Origin: Methylococcales bacterium
Lineage (GTDB): Bacteria > Pseudomonadota > Gammaproteobacteria > Methylococcales > Methylomonadaceae
DNA length: 64,000 nucleotides
Reading direction: 5' to 3'
NCBI GenBank assembly: GCA_003584895.1
Contig: QVQF01000152.1
Location: 2,140 to 66,139 of the forward strand
The notes beneath the pieces are model-generated. The model was not told where the DNA came from and did no database searches. It saw only the letters and a list, made by a program, of their open reading frames with translations. Position 1 is the stretch's first letter. Every line of letters begins with the position of its first letter. The translations under genes were made by a program, and so were the position numbers. Below are positions 48,417 through 58,171 of the stretch, piece by piece.

Positions 48417-49832
48417 ATGAATGAAGCAGTTTTACACGCGGAAGTATTGGTATTAGGTGGCGGTCCTGGTGGTTATAGCGCTGCATTTCGTGCTGCTGAC
48501 TTAGGTAAGCAAGTCGTCTTAATTGAACGATTTCCAGTATTGGGCGGCGTATGTCTTAATGTGGGCTGTATTCCTTCTAAAGCTTTACTACATGCTGCAC
48601 AAATCATTCATGAAGTGGATGAGTTTGAGTCTCATGGTATTAGTTACGGTAAACCAACCTTAGATTTATCTAAAATTAAGGCTTGGAAAGAAGGAATTAC
48701 AAAAACTTTAAATGAAGGTTTGGCTGGGCTAGTTAAACAGCGCAAAGTCACCCTGATACAGGGTAATGGTCAATTTACTTCACCTGATACCTTAGCGGTA
48801 CAAACAGAAGCTGGTGTTAAAACCATTCGCTTTGATCAAGCCATTATTGCAGCTGGTTCACATCCGACTAAAATCCCTATTTTCCCTCATGATGATCCTC
48901 GCTTATGGGACTCTACGGATGCTTTGGAATTAAAAGAAGTGCCTAAGAAACTTTTAGTCGTCGGCGGTGGAATTATCGGCTTAGAAATGGCTACAGCTTA
49001 TCATGCCTTAGGATCTGAAATTAGTGTGGTTGAGCTAATGGATCAAATCATCCCTGGTTGTGATAAAGATTTAATAACGCCTTTATTTAGACGTATTAAA
49101 AAACAATATAAGAAGATTTGGTTAGAAACTCGCGTTAAGTCAATTGAGTCGCACGAAGAAGGTTTAAAAGTATTCTTTGAAGGCAAAGGTGCACCTGAAT
49201 CTGAAATGTTTGATGCCGTATTGGTTGCTGTAGGTAGAAGACCTAATGGTAAATTAATCTCAGCTGAATTAGCTGGGATTAATGTTGATGAGCAAGGTTT
49301 TATTGCGGTAGATAAACAGCAACGTACCAATGTCCCTCATATTTTTGCTATTGGCGATGTCGTCGGTAATCCCATGCTCGCTCATAAAGCCGTGCACGAA
49401 GGTAAAGTCGCTGCTGAAGTTATTGCTGGATTAAAATCAGAGTTTGATGCCTTAACCATTCCTTCTGTTGCTTATACTGACCCTGAAGTCACTTGGATGG
49501 GGTTGACAGAGAATCAAGCAAAACAGCAAGGTATAGAATATGACAAGGCTGTTTTTCCTTGGGCAGCTAGTGGCCGTTCACTTTGTTTAGGAAGAAAAGA
49601 AGGCCTTACCAAAATACTTTGTGAAAAAGAAACTGGTAGATTGTTAGGCGCTGGAATGGTTGGTCCTAATGCTGGTGAATTAATTTCTGAAGCAGTATTA
49701 GCTTTAGAAATGGGTGCAGATGCTGAAGACATCAGTCTCACCATACACCCACATCCAACACTTGCCGAAACCTTTGGTTTTGCGGCCGAAATGATTACGG
49801 GTACGATTACAGATTTGTACATCAAGAAATAA
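48417..49832 (+). CDS. lpdA: Dihydrolipoyl dehydrogenase E3
   Basis: FAD motif GGGPGGYSAAFRAA, redox disulfide GGVCLNVGCIPSK, C-terminal HPHPTLAE. Confidence 0.95.
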   Translation: MNEAVLHAEVLVLGGGPGGYSAAFRAADLGKQVVLIERFPVLGGVCLNVGCIPSKALLHAAQIIHEVDEFESHGISYGKPTLDLSKIKAWKEGITKTLNEGLAGLVKQRKVTLIQGNGQFTSPDTLAVQTEAGVKTIRFDQAIIAAGSHPTKIPIFPHDDPRLWDSTDALELKEVPKKLLVVGGGIIGLEMATAYHALGSEISVVELMDQIIPGCDKDLITPLFRRIKKQYKKIWLETRVKSIESHEEGLKVFFEGKGAPESEMFDAVLVAVGRRPNGKLISAELAGINVDEQGFIAVDKQQRTNVPHIFAIGDVVGNPMLAHKAVHEGKVAAEVIAGLKSEFDALTIPSVAYTDPEVTWMGLTENQAKQQGIEYDKAVFPWAASGRSLCLGRKEGLTKILCEKETGRLLGAGMVGPNAGELISEAVLALEMGADAEDISLTIHPHPTLAETFGFAAEMITGTITDLYIKK

Positions 49833-49914
49833 GTCGATTTAAAGTTAGAGCTTTATCATTGGTCATGTAATTGTTGTGTGCTTAAGTTAGAACATGTTGA
49901 ATGTAATGTTTTAA

Positions 49915-50568
49915 ATGAGAATATTTTTGAATAATGAAATTCACCAGGACGTTTTAATGGAAGACATAAAAAATTTGGTAATAAAGGTTAAATACCCAAG
50001 TTCTGAGAATAAATCAGCAAAAAAAGTTGATTACTTACAAAAGACGACAGAATGGAATATTAAACGTCTAGTGGTAGCGTTCGCAGTGATTACCTTGTTA
50101 ATAGGCTTAGTTCTTTTTTTTATAATGAAACCTTCTAGTCAAGAATTAGATGCAAAACCATCTGTTGCAGCGACCGAAATAATTAAGATTGAGGCTAAAG
50201 ATCCTTCTTTAGTGAAGTCGAATTTTAAAAATACAATTACTAGGGCGCTACTGTCGCTAAATATTAAAAATAATGAACCTGTTACTGAATTAAATCTTCC
50301 TCTTGTATTGCCTGCAAATAAAACAGTTCCTGTTTATTATTTTGTTGAAGTAGCTGATATGAAAGATCGAATTATTTTTCATGAATGGTGGTTAGGTAAT
50401 AAGTTAATCAACAGGAAAAAAATAACTATTTCAAACAATGACAAGTGGCGAACAGTCAGTCATCAATTAGTTGCATTTGCGGCCAAGAATAATTGGACTG
50501 TAAAAGTCGTTGATGAAAATGGTCATTTAATCATTGAAAAACGTTTTGATATCATCGAGCAGCAATAA
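49915..50568 (+). CDS. Membrane-anchored hypothetical protein (possibly DUF2914-like)
   Basis: 217 aa with a single TM (LVVAFAVITLLIGLVLFFI). The C-terminal beta-rich domain contains IIFHEWWLGNKL...WTVKVVDENG. The start may be the internal Met at 49957. Confidence 0.5.
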   Translation: MRIFLNNEIHQDVLMEDIKNLVIKVKYPSSENKSAKKVDYLQKTTEWNIKRLVVAFAVITLLIGLVLFFIMKPSSQELDAKPSVAATEIIKIEAKDPSLVKSNFKNTITRALLSLNIKNNEPVTELNLPLVLPANKTVPVYYFVEVADMKDRIIFHEWWLGNKLINRKKITISNNDKWRTVSHQLVAFAAKNNWTVKVVDENGHLIIEKRFDIIEQQ

Positions 50569-50672
50569 AAAATATAAAGCCTAAGTCAATGTGCGAGATT
50601 TATTTTGACTAAGATAATCCTAGCGTTACGCGTAAAGAAGCGTTGTGTGATTAATTATTACTGTAATTATTT

Positions 50673-52037
50673 ATGAAAATACTTATTCTTGGTGCAGGTG
50701 TCACTGGATCATCGGTTGCACAAGCGTTAGCTAGTGAAGAAAATGATATTGTCGTTGTTGATTTTAGGCAAGAGCTCTTAGATGCATTAAAAGAGCGTAT
50801 TGATATAGCTACGGTAACAGGTAATGCTGCGCACCCTTCGGTGTTGGAGCAAGCTGGCGTAAATAATACCGATATGGTCATAGCTGTCACAGATAGTGAC
50901 GAGACCAACATGTTGGCCTGCTTAATTATCAATACGCTTTATAGTCGTCCGAAAACAATTGCACGCGTTCGTGCTATCGATTATCTGAAAAATCCTAAAC
51001 TATTCGGTGTTAACGGCATTCCTGTCGATATTGTAATTAGTCCAGAACAAATTGTTATGGAGTCCATTCGGAATTTAATCGAATTCCCAGGTGTTTTACA
51101 TGTATCTGATTTTGCCGGCGGCTTAGTACGCTTATTCTCCGTTAAAGTAGTTGCTGATGGCTTTTTAACCGGTAAAAAAATAAAATCACTAAAAGAGCGT
51201 TTGTCTGATGGCAAAACGCGGGTGGTCGCAATTTTCAGGCAAGGTAAGCATTTATGCGTTACTGGAGAAGCAATTATTGAAACTGGTGACGAGGTGTTTT
51301 TTGTGGCTCCTCGTGACGAAATACGTAAAGTTTTATCTGAACTCAATAAATTAGAGGCACCCTTAAAACGAATTATCATTGCTGGTGGTGGACATATTGG
51401 CAAACGCTTAGCGCTTGCATTAGAGCATGATCATCATGTCAAGATCATTGAAAAAGACCCTAAGCGTGCTTATAGCATCGCTAATGATCTTACTAAGGCT
51501 ATTGTTTTATTAGGTGACTGCGCTGATGAAGCTTTATTACTAGATGAATCTATAGAAAGCACGGATTTATTTTGTGCGATTACCGAAAATGATGGCGTCA
51601 ATATTATCTCTGCTTCTTTAGCAAAAAGCTTAGGTGCTAGAAAAACCATCTGTTTATTAAATCATAACTCGTATACCAAACTGTTACCGGGTACAGGTAT
51701 AGATGTCACTGTATTACCCAATCAAGAAACTTTAGGTAGTATTTTAAAGCATGTTCGCCGTGGTGATGTGGCACAAGTGACTTCCCTTTGCGGTGGAACT
51801 TCAGAAGCTATAGAAGCCATTGCCCATGAAAATAATAGTGAAAATTCAGTAGTTGGTTGTCGTGTGGACACCATTAATTTTCCAGCAGGTATCGTCTTAG
51901 GAGCCTTAATAAGGGATAGTGAAGTTATTGCTATTCATCATGATACGGTTTTTAAAGAAGGTGATCATGTGGTTATGTTTGCGATGGATAAAAAATTAGT
52001 GACAAATATCGAACAATCCTTCCAACGAATTGGATAA
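50673..52037 (+). CDS. trkA: Trk potassium uptake system NAD-binding subunit TrkA
   Basis: 454 aa. Two RCK_N/RCK_C repeats: ILILGAGVTGSSVA and IIIAGGGHIGKRLA. Confidence 0.9.
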   Translation: MKILILGAGVTGSSVAQALASEENDIVVVDFRQELLDALKERIDIATVTGNAAHPSVLEQAGVNNTDMVIAVTDSDETNMLACLIINTLYSRPKTIARVRAIDYLKNPKLFGVNGIPVDIVISPEQIVMESIRNLIEFPGVLHVSDFAGGLVRLFSVKVVADGFLTGKKIKSLKERLSDGKTRVVAIFRQGKHLCVTGEAIIETGDEVFFVAPRDEIRKVLSELNKLEAPLKRIIIAGGGHIGKRLALALEHDHHVKIIEKDPKRAYSIANDLTKAIVLLGDCADEALLLDESIESTDLFCAITENDGVNIISASLAKSLGARKTICLLNHNSYTKLLPGTGIDVTVLPNQETLGSILKHVRRGDVAQVTSLCGGTSEAIEAIAHENNSENSVVGCRVDTINFPAGIVLGALIRDSEVIAIHHDTVFKEGDHVVMFAMDKKLVTNIEQSFQRIG

Positions 52038-52117
52038 ATGAAAAGTTGCAATCCAAACTACGCGACTAAGCGACTGTCATGATAGCCGCATCAATAACAT
52101 TAAGTTAATAATTAACG

Positions 52118-53575
52118 ATGAATGTCATACTTACCATTATCCATATCTTTGGTTTAGTCACTATGGGCTTTAGTGCCCTGATGAGTACTTGTCTTATAAC
52201 CTCAACTATCGTTGAAGACGGTGCTAGACATGCTTTCTTTGAAGGTACATGGATAACCCTCTTTCTAGGTGGGTTCATGTTTTTGTCAACGCTCTGGGTT
52301 ACTAAAAAGGTATCACGTCAAACGGGCTTTTTATTAGTAGCCATTACTTGGTCATTAACACCGGTACTTTGTACTATTCCGTTGATGATCTATATGCCAA
52401 ATCTTAGTTTTATTGATGCCTATTTTGAAACGGTATCCGGCCTTACCACAACCGGTGCAACGATACTTACGGGTATAGATAATTTACCAATGTCTATTAA
52501 CCTATGGAGGCATGAATTAAATTGGATTGCTGGTATGGGGATTATTATTTTCGCTGTGGCCATTTTACCTATATTAGGAATCGGTGGTATGCAGTTATAT
52601 AAAGCTGAAACACCCGGTTCCGTTAAAGCATCAGATTTACCTCCTCGTATTGCACAAACAGCCAAAGCTTTATGGATGGTTTATGCAGGTATTACTGTTG
52701 TTTGTATGATTGCTCTTCGCTTAGCGGGTATGAGTTGGTTTGATGCTATTTGTCATGCCTTTTCTACTATGAGTTTAGGAGGATTTTCTACCCACGATAG
52801 CAGCATAGCCTTTTTCAATAGCATTTCTATAGAAAGTGTATTAATCGTTTTCCAATTGTTGGCGGCTATTAATTTCGCTACGCATTTTGTCTCTTTACGT
52901 AAACTGTCACTTAAGCCTTATATTAATGATCGCGAAGCAAGAACATTTCTAATATTAGTCTTGGGCAGTACCTTGATGGCCGCAGGCGTATTATTTCATG
53001 CCGGCACCTATCCTGATTTTATGACGGCACTACGCTATGCTAGTTTTAATTTAGTGAGTATTGCCACAGATTCTGGTTTCACTAATCAGGACTTCAATCA
53101 ATGGCCTATTTTTGTGCCTATGTGGATGTTACTACTGAGCTGCCTTTCTGCTTCATCTGGTTCTACGGGCGGTGGCATACGCATGATAAGAACCATTATA
53201 TTGATGAAGCAAGCGCGCTTGGAAATGTTTAAATTCATTCATCCCTATGCCGTTAGACCTATGAAAATAGGTGATACGGTCATTAGTAATAATATTGTCA
53301 ACTCGGTAACCGGGTTTATTTTCTTATACTTCATGAGTATCGTCATCCTGACCTTTACTTTGCTACTAAGTGGTCTGGATTTTATGACAGCATTGTCCGC
53401 CACCATTACTTGTATTAATAACGCAGGCCCAGGTTTAAATGAAGTTGGGCCTGCGGGCAATTATGTTAATTTAGGTGACTTTCAAAAAGCAGTCTGTACC
53501 TTTGCCATGTTGTTAGGTCGCGTACAAATATTTTCTATTGTGATTCTATTCGTGCCTGAGTTCTGGAGAAAGTAA
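52118..53575 (+). CDS. trkH: Trk potassium uptake system membrane subunit TrkH
   Basis: 485 aa polytopic protein. Selectivity-filter-like TTTGAT, MSLGGFST and SSGSTGGGI. Confidence 0.9.
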   Translation: MNVILTIIHIFGLVTMGFSALMSTCLITSTIVEDGARHAFFEGTWITLFLGGFMFLSTLWVTKKVSRQTGFLLVAITWSLTPVLCTIPLMIYMPNLSFIDAYFETVSGLTTTGATILTGIDNLPMSINLWRHELNWIAGMGIIIFAVAILPILGIGGMQLYKAETPGSVKASDLPPRIAQTAKALWMVYAGITVVCMIALRLAGMSWFDAICHAFSTMSLGGFSTHDSSIAFFNSISIESVLIVFQLLAAINFATHFVSLRKLSLKPYINDREARTFLILVLGSTLMAAGVLFHAGTYPDFMTALRYASFNLVSIATDSGFTNQDFNQWPIFVPMWMLLLSCLSASSGSTGGGIRMIRTIILMKQARLEMFKFIHPYAVRPMKIGDTVISNNIVNSVTGFIFLYFMSIVILTFTLLLSGLDFMTALSATITCINNAGPGLNEVGPAGNYVNLGDFQKAVCTFAMLLGRVQIFSIVILFVPEFWRK

Positions 53576-54925
53576 CGACGTTTCATCTAGCGAAATAACT
53601 TTGCTAGTAAAACAACCGGATGCCAGATGCGTTTGTACTAAATCACCTAGTACTAGTTGTTCAGTAGAACGAATAATACTCTTGGTTTTAGCTTGCATAG
53701 ATAATCCGTAACCTCGACTCAGCGTCGCTAATGGACTGACTGCCTGTAAGGTCTGGCTGTTTTTTAATAAACGAAGTTGTAATCGTTCTAATTTGTGCGT
53801 AATGGCCGTTAATAAGCGGCTACTTAAATAATGTTGTTTTTGCTGATAGTTACTGATGGTTAGCGCTGGATTGTATTGCCATAATTGAACTTGTGTCATG
53901 TCCATGTGCTTCTGATGATTAGCTAAACGTGCTTGCATCGCTAAATTAAGTCTAGCTTCAAGATCATCAACCCGTTGCGCGTTTCTAGCTAATTTTTGTC
54001 CAGGATGTTGCTGCTGTAAACGCTGACTTAGCCACAGCAATGATTGTTGCTTTTGGTTAATATATCGTTGCCATTGTTGCTCTAATCTTATTTCTAAGTG
54101 TAAGAAACGGGCAAGCCATTCTTGTTGATCTGGACTGGCATGTTCGGCTGCAGCTGAAGGCGTGGCTGCTCGGAAATCAGCAACAAAATCAGCGATAGTG
54201 ACATCGGTTTCATGTCCTACCGCTGAAATAATCGGAATGTCGCTATTAAAAATAGCACGCGCTACTCTCTCTTCATTAAAGGCCCATAGATCTTCTAAAG
54301 AACCGCCACCTCGCCCTAAAATGATCACCTCACACTGTTTTAAATGGTTGGCAAGCTTAATTGCCGCTGCAATTTCAAAACTGGCATTATTACCTTGTAC
54401 AGCGACTGGATAAATAATGACAGGTATCGCGGCAAAGCGCCTTTTTAAAACCGTGAGTATGTCATGAATAGCCGCACCTGAGGGTGAGGTGATGACAGCT
54501 ATGCAATGCGGTAGTTTAGGTAATTGTTTTTTATGAGCAGCATCAAACAAGCCTTCTTGCGTTAGTTTTAGTTTTAAGAGATCAAAGGCGCGTTGTAAAG
54601 CACCGTCTCCGGCTTCTTCCATAGACTCAACAATAAGTTGATAATCGCCGCGAGGTTCATAAAGACTCACCTGCGCTTTGACAATCACTTGCTTACCATT
54701 TTCAGGTTTAAAAGTTAGCCTGCGTTGCTGTGTTTTAAAGAGTGCGCAGCGTACCTGAGCATTAGCGTCTTTTAGTGTGAAATATAAATGACCAGATGAA
54801 GGTTGCGTAGTATTAGAAAGTTCACCAGCCACCATTACACTAAAGAAATGTTCTCCGAGTAATTGTCCCGTAGCACGATTTAGTTGGGATACACTCATAA
54901 TAGTGCGGTTTTGCGTAGGAATCAT
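53546..54925 (-). CDS. xseA: Exodeoxyribonuclease VII large subunit
   Basis: 459 aa. N-terminal OB fold (SVSQLNR...GELSN...SGHLYFTLKD), RGGGSLEDLWAFNEE and a long C-terminal coiled region. It overlaps the trkH end by 30 nt (convergent). Confidence 0.9.
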   Translation of the reverse strand: MIPTQNRTIMSVSQLNRATGQLLGEHFFSVMVAGELSNTTQPSSGHLYFTLKDANAQVRCALFKTQQRRLTFKPENGKQVIVKAQVSLYEPRGDYQLIVESMEEAGDGALQRAFDLLKLKLTQEGLFDAAHKKQLPKLPHCIAVITSPSGAAIHDILTVLKRRFAAIPVIIYPVAVQGNNASFEIAAAIKLANHLKQCEVIILGRGGGSLEDLWAFNEERVARAIFNSDIPIISAVGHETDVTIADFVADFRAATPSAAAEHASPDQQEWLARFLHLEIRLEQQWQRYINQKQQSLLWLSQRLQQQHPGQKLARNAQRVDDLEARLNLAMQARLANHQKHMDMTQVQLWQYNPALTISNYQQKQHYLSSRLLTAITHKLERLQLRLLKNSQTLQAVSPLATLSRGYGLSMQAKTKSIIRSTEQLVLGDLVQTHLASGCFTSKVISLDETSLLSPELRHE

Positions 54926-55007
54926 GAGTCTATAACATTGAATGTGAAGTTATTGCATAGAGTATTGTAAAATACCTGCTTTTAATACACAAAGAAAGGG
55001 CAGTATT

Positions 55008-55328
55008 ATGGCGTGGTTGCTATTGTTTTCAGCAGGATTTGTAGAAATAATTTTTGCATTAAGTCTTAAATATAACGAAGGCTTTACAAAACTTTGGCCT
55101 AGCATCATCACCGCATTCTCTGGAGTCGGCAGTTTTGGTTTGTTAATGTGGGCGCTTAAAACATTACCATTAGGGACAGCCTACGCAGTATGGACCGGCA
55201 TGGGAGCCGTCGGCGTCGCCATATTAGGTATTATATTATTTAAAGAATCAGTTGATTGGTATCGATTGATATCTATTAGCTTTGTTATTGTCGGCATAGT
55301 TGGGCTTAAATTAACCGATAGCCAATAA
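55008..55328 (+). CDS. sugE: SMR-family transporter SugE
   Basis: 106 aa with 4 TMs. MAWLLLFSAGFVEIIFALSLKY is typical of SugE/Gdx. Confidence 0.85.
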   Translation: MAWLLLFSAGFVEIIFALSLKYNEGFTKLWPSIITAFSGVGSFGLLMWALKTLPLGTAYAVWTGMGAVGVAILGIILFKESVDWYRLISISFVIVGIVGLKLTDSQ

Positions 55329-55329
55329 C

Positions 55330-55620
55330 ATGCTGCATCTTATTGCTCAGTCACCGATTGATAAGGCTATATTCCAGCGCTTAGGGGTAGGGGATGATGT
55401 ACTATTTCTTGATAAAGCAGTGTTAAATCTGTTACAAAAAGGCTGTTTAAGCACGGCCTTAACGTCGTTATTAGCTCAGCATCAACTTTATGCCTTAGCG
55501 GATGATCTCGAGCTTAGAGGTATTGGTTCAGCTGAGTTGCTAAAGGGCTTAAAAGTTATTGACTATGCAGGCTTTGTTGACTTAACTGTTAAAAATATAC
55601 ACATACAAACATGGTCGTAA
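55330..55620 (+). CDS. tusB: Sulfurtransferase complex subunit TusB/DsrH
   Basis: 96 aa. MLHLIAQSP..., ...LYALADDLELRGI..., IDYAGFVDLTVK parallels E. coli TusB. Confidence 0.75.
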   Translation: MLHLIAQSPIDKAIFQRLGVGDDVLFLDKAVLNLLQKGCLSTALTSLLAQHQLYALADDLELRGIGSAELLKGLKVIDYAGFVDLTVKNIHIQTWS

Positions 55621-55937
55621 ATAGCATGCTGCCAGAAACCAATGAGCAAGGCTTTTTAATTAGGGCCGCCGATTGGAACGAGCAGGTGGCTCAAGTCTTA
55701 GCGGATATTAATGACATAAGCTTAACGGCGGCGCATTGGGAGATTATTAACTTCATACGCCAGTATTATCTGCAATATAAACACTTACCCAATGCCCGAG
55801 TTTTTGCCAAAGCCATCGCAAAAACTTTGGGTGAAGAGAAAGCGAATAGTCGCTATTTACTGCGTTTGTTTCCAGATGGGCCTTTAAAATACGCTTGCAA
55901 ATTGGCAGGCTTACCCAAGCCCCCGACTTGCTTGTAA
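55611..55937 (+). CDS. DsrC/TusE family sulfur-relay protein with both C-terminal cysteines
   Basis: 108 aa. HWEIINFIRQYYLQYKHLPNARVF...NSRYLLRLFPDGPLKYACKLAGLPKPPTCL has the C-x10-C arrangement of DsrC. Confidence 0.8.
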   Translation: MVVNSMLPETNEQGFLIRAADWNEQVAQVLADINDISLTAAHWEIINFIRQYYLQYKHLPNARVFAKAIAKTLGEEKANSRYLLRLFPDGPLKYACKLAGLPKPPTCL

Positions 55938-55983
55938 GGTCTGGAAACTTGCTCGCTAGGAGTTGCTATTAGCCGATAAGACA

Positions 55984-56229
55984 TTATTTATTTAAGGCCT
56001 CAATTTCTTCTGCAGTCACTTTGTTATCTTTGTTGACATCTAGTTTGTCAAAATTGTGTATTATGCGTAGAGCATTACCCGCCTCGGCTTCTGTCATAGA
56101 AACACCGCCATCTTTATTAGTATCCAATTCTTTAACACGATTAACAATGTCATCATTTGTAAATGCATTAGAGGTAGTTGTCAGCCAACATAAAGCGATG
56201 CTTATAATGATTTTTAAAATAGATTTCAT
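55984..56229 (-). CDS. Secreted EF-hand calcium-binding protein
   Basis: 81 aa. Signal peptide (..TSNA/FT) and two EF loops: DTNKDGGVSMTEAE and DVNKDNKVTAEEIE. Confidence 0.75.
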   Translation of the reverse strand: MKSILKIIISIALCWLTTTSNAFTNDDIVNRVKELDTNKDGGVSMTEAEAGNALRIIHNFDKLDVNKDNKVTAEEIEALNK

Positions 56230-56284
56230 GAGATTTTCCTGTTTCAGCGAATATAGCTGAGTGTTTAGCTATTGAAAAAGGCGA

Positions 56285-56317
56285 GTCGTAACGAAAGCAC
56301 TTTGCTTTCGTTACGAC
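56285..56317 (-). terminator. Intrinsic terminator of the 56395-57132 lipoprotein gene
   Basis: gtcgtaacgaaagc - acttt - gctttcgttacgac. The stem is a perfect 14 bp, followed on the minus strand by cgccTTTTTc. Confidence 0.8.
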
Positions 56318-56394
56318 TTAAAAGTATTTTCCGCTTATGTCTAGGCAGTTTAAACGCAATAAACCAAGCAAGGAATGAAGATTAATAAATATGA

Positions 56395-57132
56395 TTATTT
56401 TGCCAAATCAGAATTAATCCAACCTTCTTTAGCAAAATATAGGGCTAATTCGGTTGAGATCTTTTCAGCCATATCTGTTGCCTGTTTTGCAGAGGCTGAT
56501 TTATAAGTATTAGCCGCACCTTGCGCTGTATTAACAGCTACTGTTGCTGCCGTTCCTGCACCTGCTGCCGCACCAGCAGGCCCCATGACCAAAGCGCCCG
56601 GTTTGTTACCACTGTCACCATGGGCATTAAAGGTCATTAAGGCTTTATTTCCTGAGGATGAAGGTGCTAAGACACTGATTGTGGCATCCAATGAAGATTG
56701 CCCTGCGCCTAAGCCAATAACGTTTCTACGTGTACTGTTGCCTTCGTCAATTTTGACGATTTGTCCAGTAATTAAGATTGAGCCAGATACAACTGGTGAG
56801 TTTTGATCGGCCCGTTGCGGATTTAAGCCCATTGCACGTATTTTCTGGGTAAGTTCTTTTGCCATTGCTTCAGCAACTTCATTGCCAAGTTTTATTTTTT
56901 CCGCCGTCTCATTATTATTTTCAAAGCTGCGTACAATCCGCGAGAAAGGACTGGCGTTTTGTTGGACAGCTTGTGGATCGACAGAAAAGTTATAAATTAG
57001 AACGGTAGTCGGTTTTGGCATGCCGATCATAGCGAATTCGGATGTTTTCTGAATATTGGTCTTGGCGCAACCGGCCATAAAGGAAACCACAGTGCACGCC
57101 ACTGTTAATTTGATAAAGTAATTTAATGACAT
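56395..57132 (-). CDS. Putative lipoprotein with a Gly/Ala-rich segment
   Basis: 245 aa. Signal peptide plus the lipobox-like FMAGC. Low-complexity GPAGAAAGAGTAATVAV. I did not recognise a family with confidence. Confidence 0.6.
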   Translation of the reverse strand: MSLNYFIKLTVACTVVSFMAGCAKTNIQKTSEFAMIGMPKPTTVLIYNFSVDPQAVQQNASPFSRIVRSFENNNETAEKIKLGNEVAEAMAKELTQKIRAMGLNPQRADQNSPVVSGSILITGQIVKIDEGNSTRRNVIGLGAGQSSLDATISVLAPSSSGNKALMTFNAHGDSGNKPGALVMGPAGAAAGAGTAATVAVNTAQGAANTYKSASAKQATDMAEKISTELALYFAKEGWINSDLAK

Positions 57133-57384
57133 AACTATCTCTTTAATCTAAGTGTGAAAAAAAACGCCAGATACAAGCTTCAAAATTATTAATCATTTAT
57201 TAAATTGATACTGCTTTACTTTTATAGGTGATATAAAAAATATGAGGTTATGAAGAACTCATGAAATGATTAACTTACATTAATTATCTGATGCCCAGTG
57301 AGTTTAAAGAGTAACCTGCTTATTTATAATTGTCCATATGTTAATAGAGTGATTGAAAGCCTTAGAAAATGATTGGCAATAATG

Positions 57385-57777
57385 TCACTTTGTACGACAG
57401 GCTATATTGAATAACGATTCATGAATCGTTTCTGGCATGATTGATATAGGATCTTTTTTTATGTTGGTGTTTGAAAAAACCGGCTGACCTTGTCCCATAT
57501 TACCTGTGTACCAAAATAAGTCTAGTAATCTTAATGTTTCCTCTTTGCAGTCATATTCAACATGAGAAACTGATGCCAAATAACTTTTAACATCTACTTT
57601 AACTTTCTTATAGTCATACATACTCCACATTTTTACCTTGTCGCCATCCTTACGTATAGATTGAGTTTCTACGTAAACATCAAAGCCATCCTCACTACTC
57701 GCAGATTCAAGCAGAGTCCATTCAGCCCATGCATTGACTGAAAAAAGTAATAATATTAATAAAGTTAAGTTCTTCAT
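57385..57777 (-). CDS. Small secreted protein, surface-adhesin-protein-E-like
   Basis: 130 aa. Signal peptide ..VNAWA/EW. EWTLLESAS..DGFDVYVETQSIRKDGDKVKMW resembles the protein-E-like family pattern. Confidence 0.5.
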   Translation of the reverse strand: MKNLTLLILLLFSVNAWAEWTLLESASSEDGFDVYVETQSIRKDGDKVKMWSMYDYKKVKVDVKSYLASVSHVEYDCKEETLRLLDLFWYTGNMGQGQPVFSNTNIKKDPISIMPETIHESLFNIACRTK

Positions 57778-57980
57778 TTTATGTATCTCAAGGTTAGTTA
57801 ATCTAGGGTGTGCTGAATAAAGTGCAAAGCAACTTTTGTTAATGATACATGTAGGGCGTAGGTTTGTAACGCCGTCCCTAAATTTCGAAAGCTAATAAAG
57901 CACCAAACGTTTAGATCGGGGTTGCAAACCTCGATCGGCATCGTAAGTGACGGGGTTATAAATCCTGTGCTTAAAAAACT

Positions 57981-58034
57981 GGAGTGCAACAGCTTCAGCT
58001 GTTGCTTTTAAAACAGCTAAAGCTGTTGCACTCC
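57981..58034. repeat. 54-nt long-stem hairpin element, copy 2
   Basis: ggagtgcaacagcttcagctgttgcttttaaaacagctaaagctgttgcactcc. The arms are 23 nt with 1 mismatch. Its left arm is identical to that of the copy at 3399-3452. Confidence 0.8.
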
Positions 58035-58171
58035 TAAACTACGACAGACCAGCATCGGTTACCATGACCGCATCAGTCATAAACGATACTCTACGCTTTG
58101 TTCAACTCATCCTTATGGCTCTTTTATAGTATTATTATGGATAACTATTTTAATAATCAGAGGAGCATATT

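Noticed and set aside
53546-53575. 30-nt convergent overlap of the trkH and xseA 3' ends
   Set aside because: Short convergent overlaps are common in compact genomes, and both proteins look full length. It is not evidence of anything unusual.
57798-57989. 63-aa minus-strand ORF in the 57.8-58.2 kb intergenic region
   Set aside because: It is composed almost entirely of inverted-repeat sequence. It has no RBS or recognisable domain.
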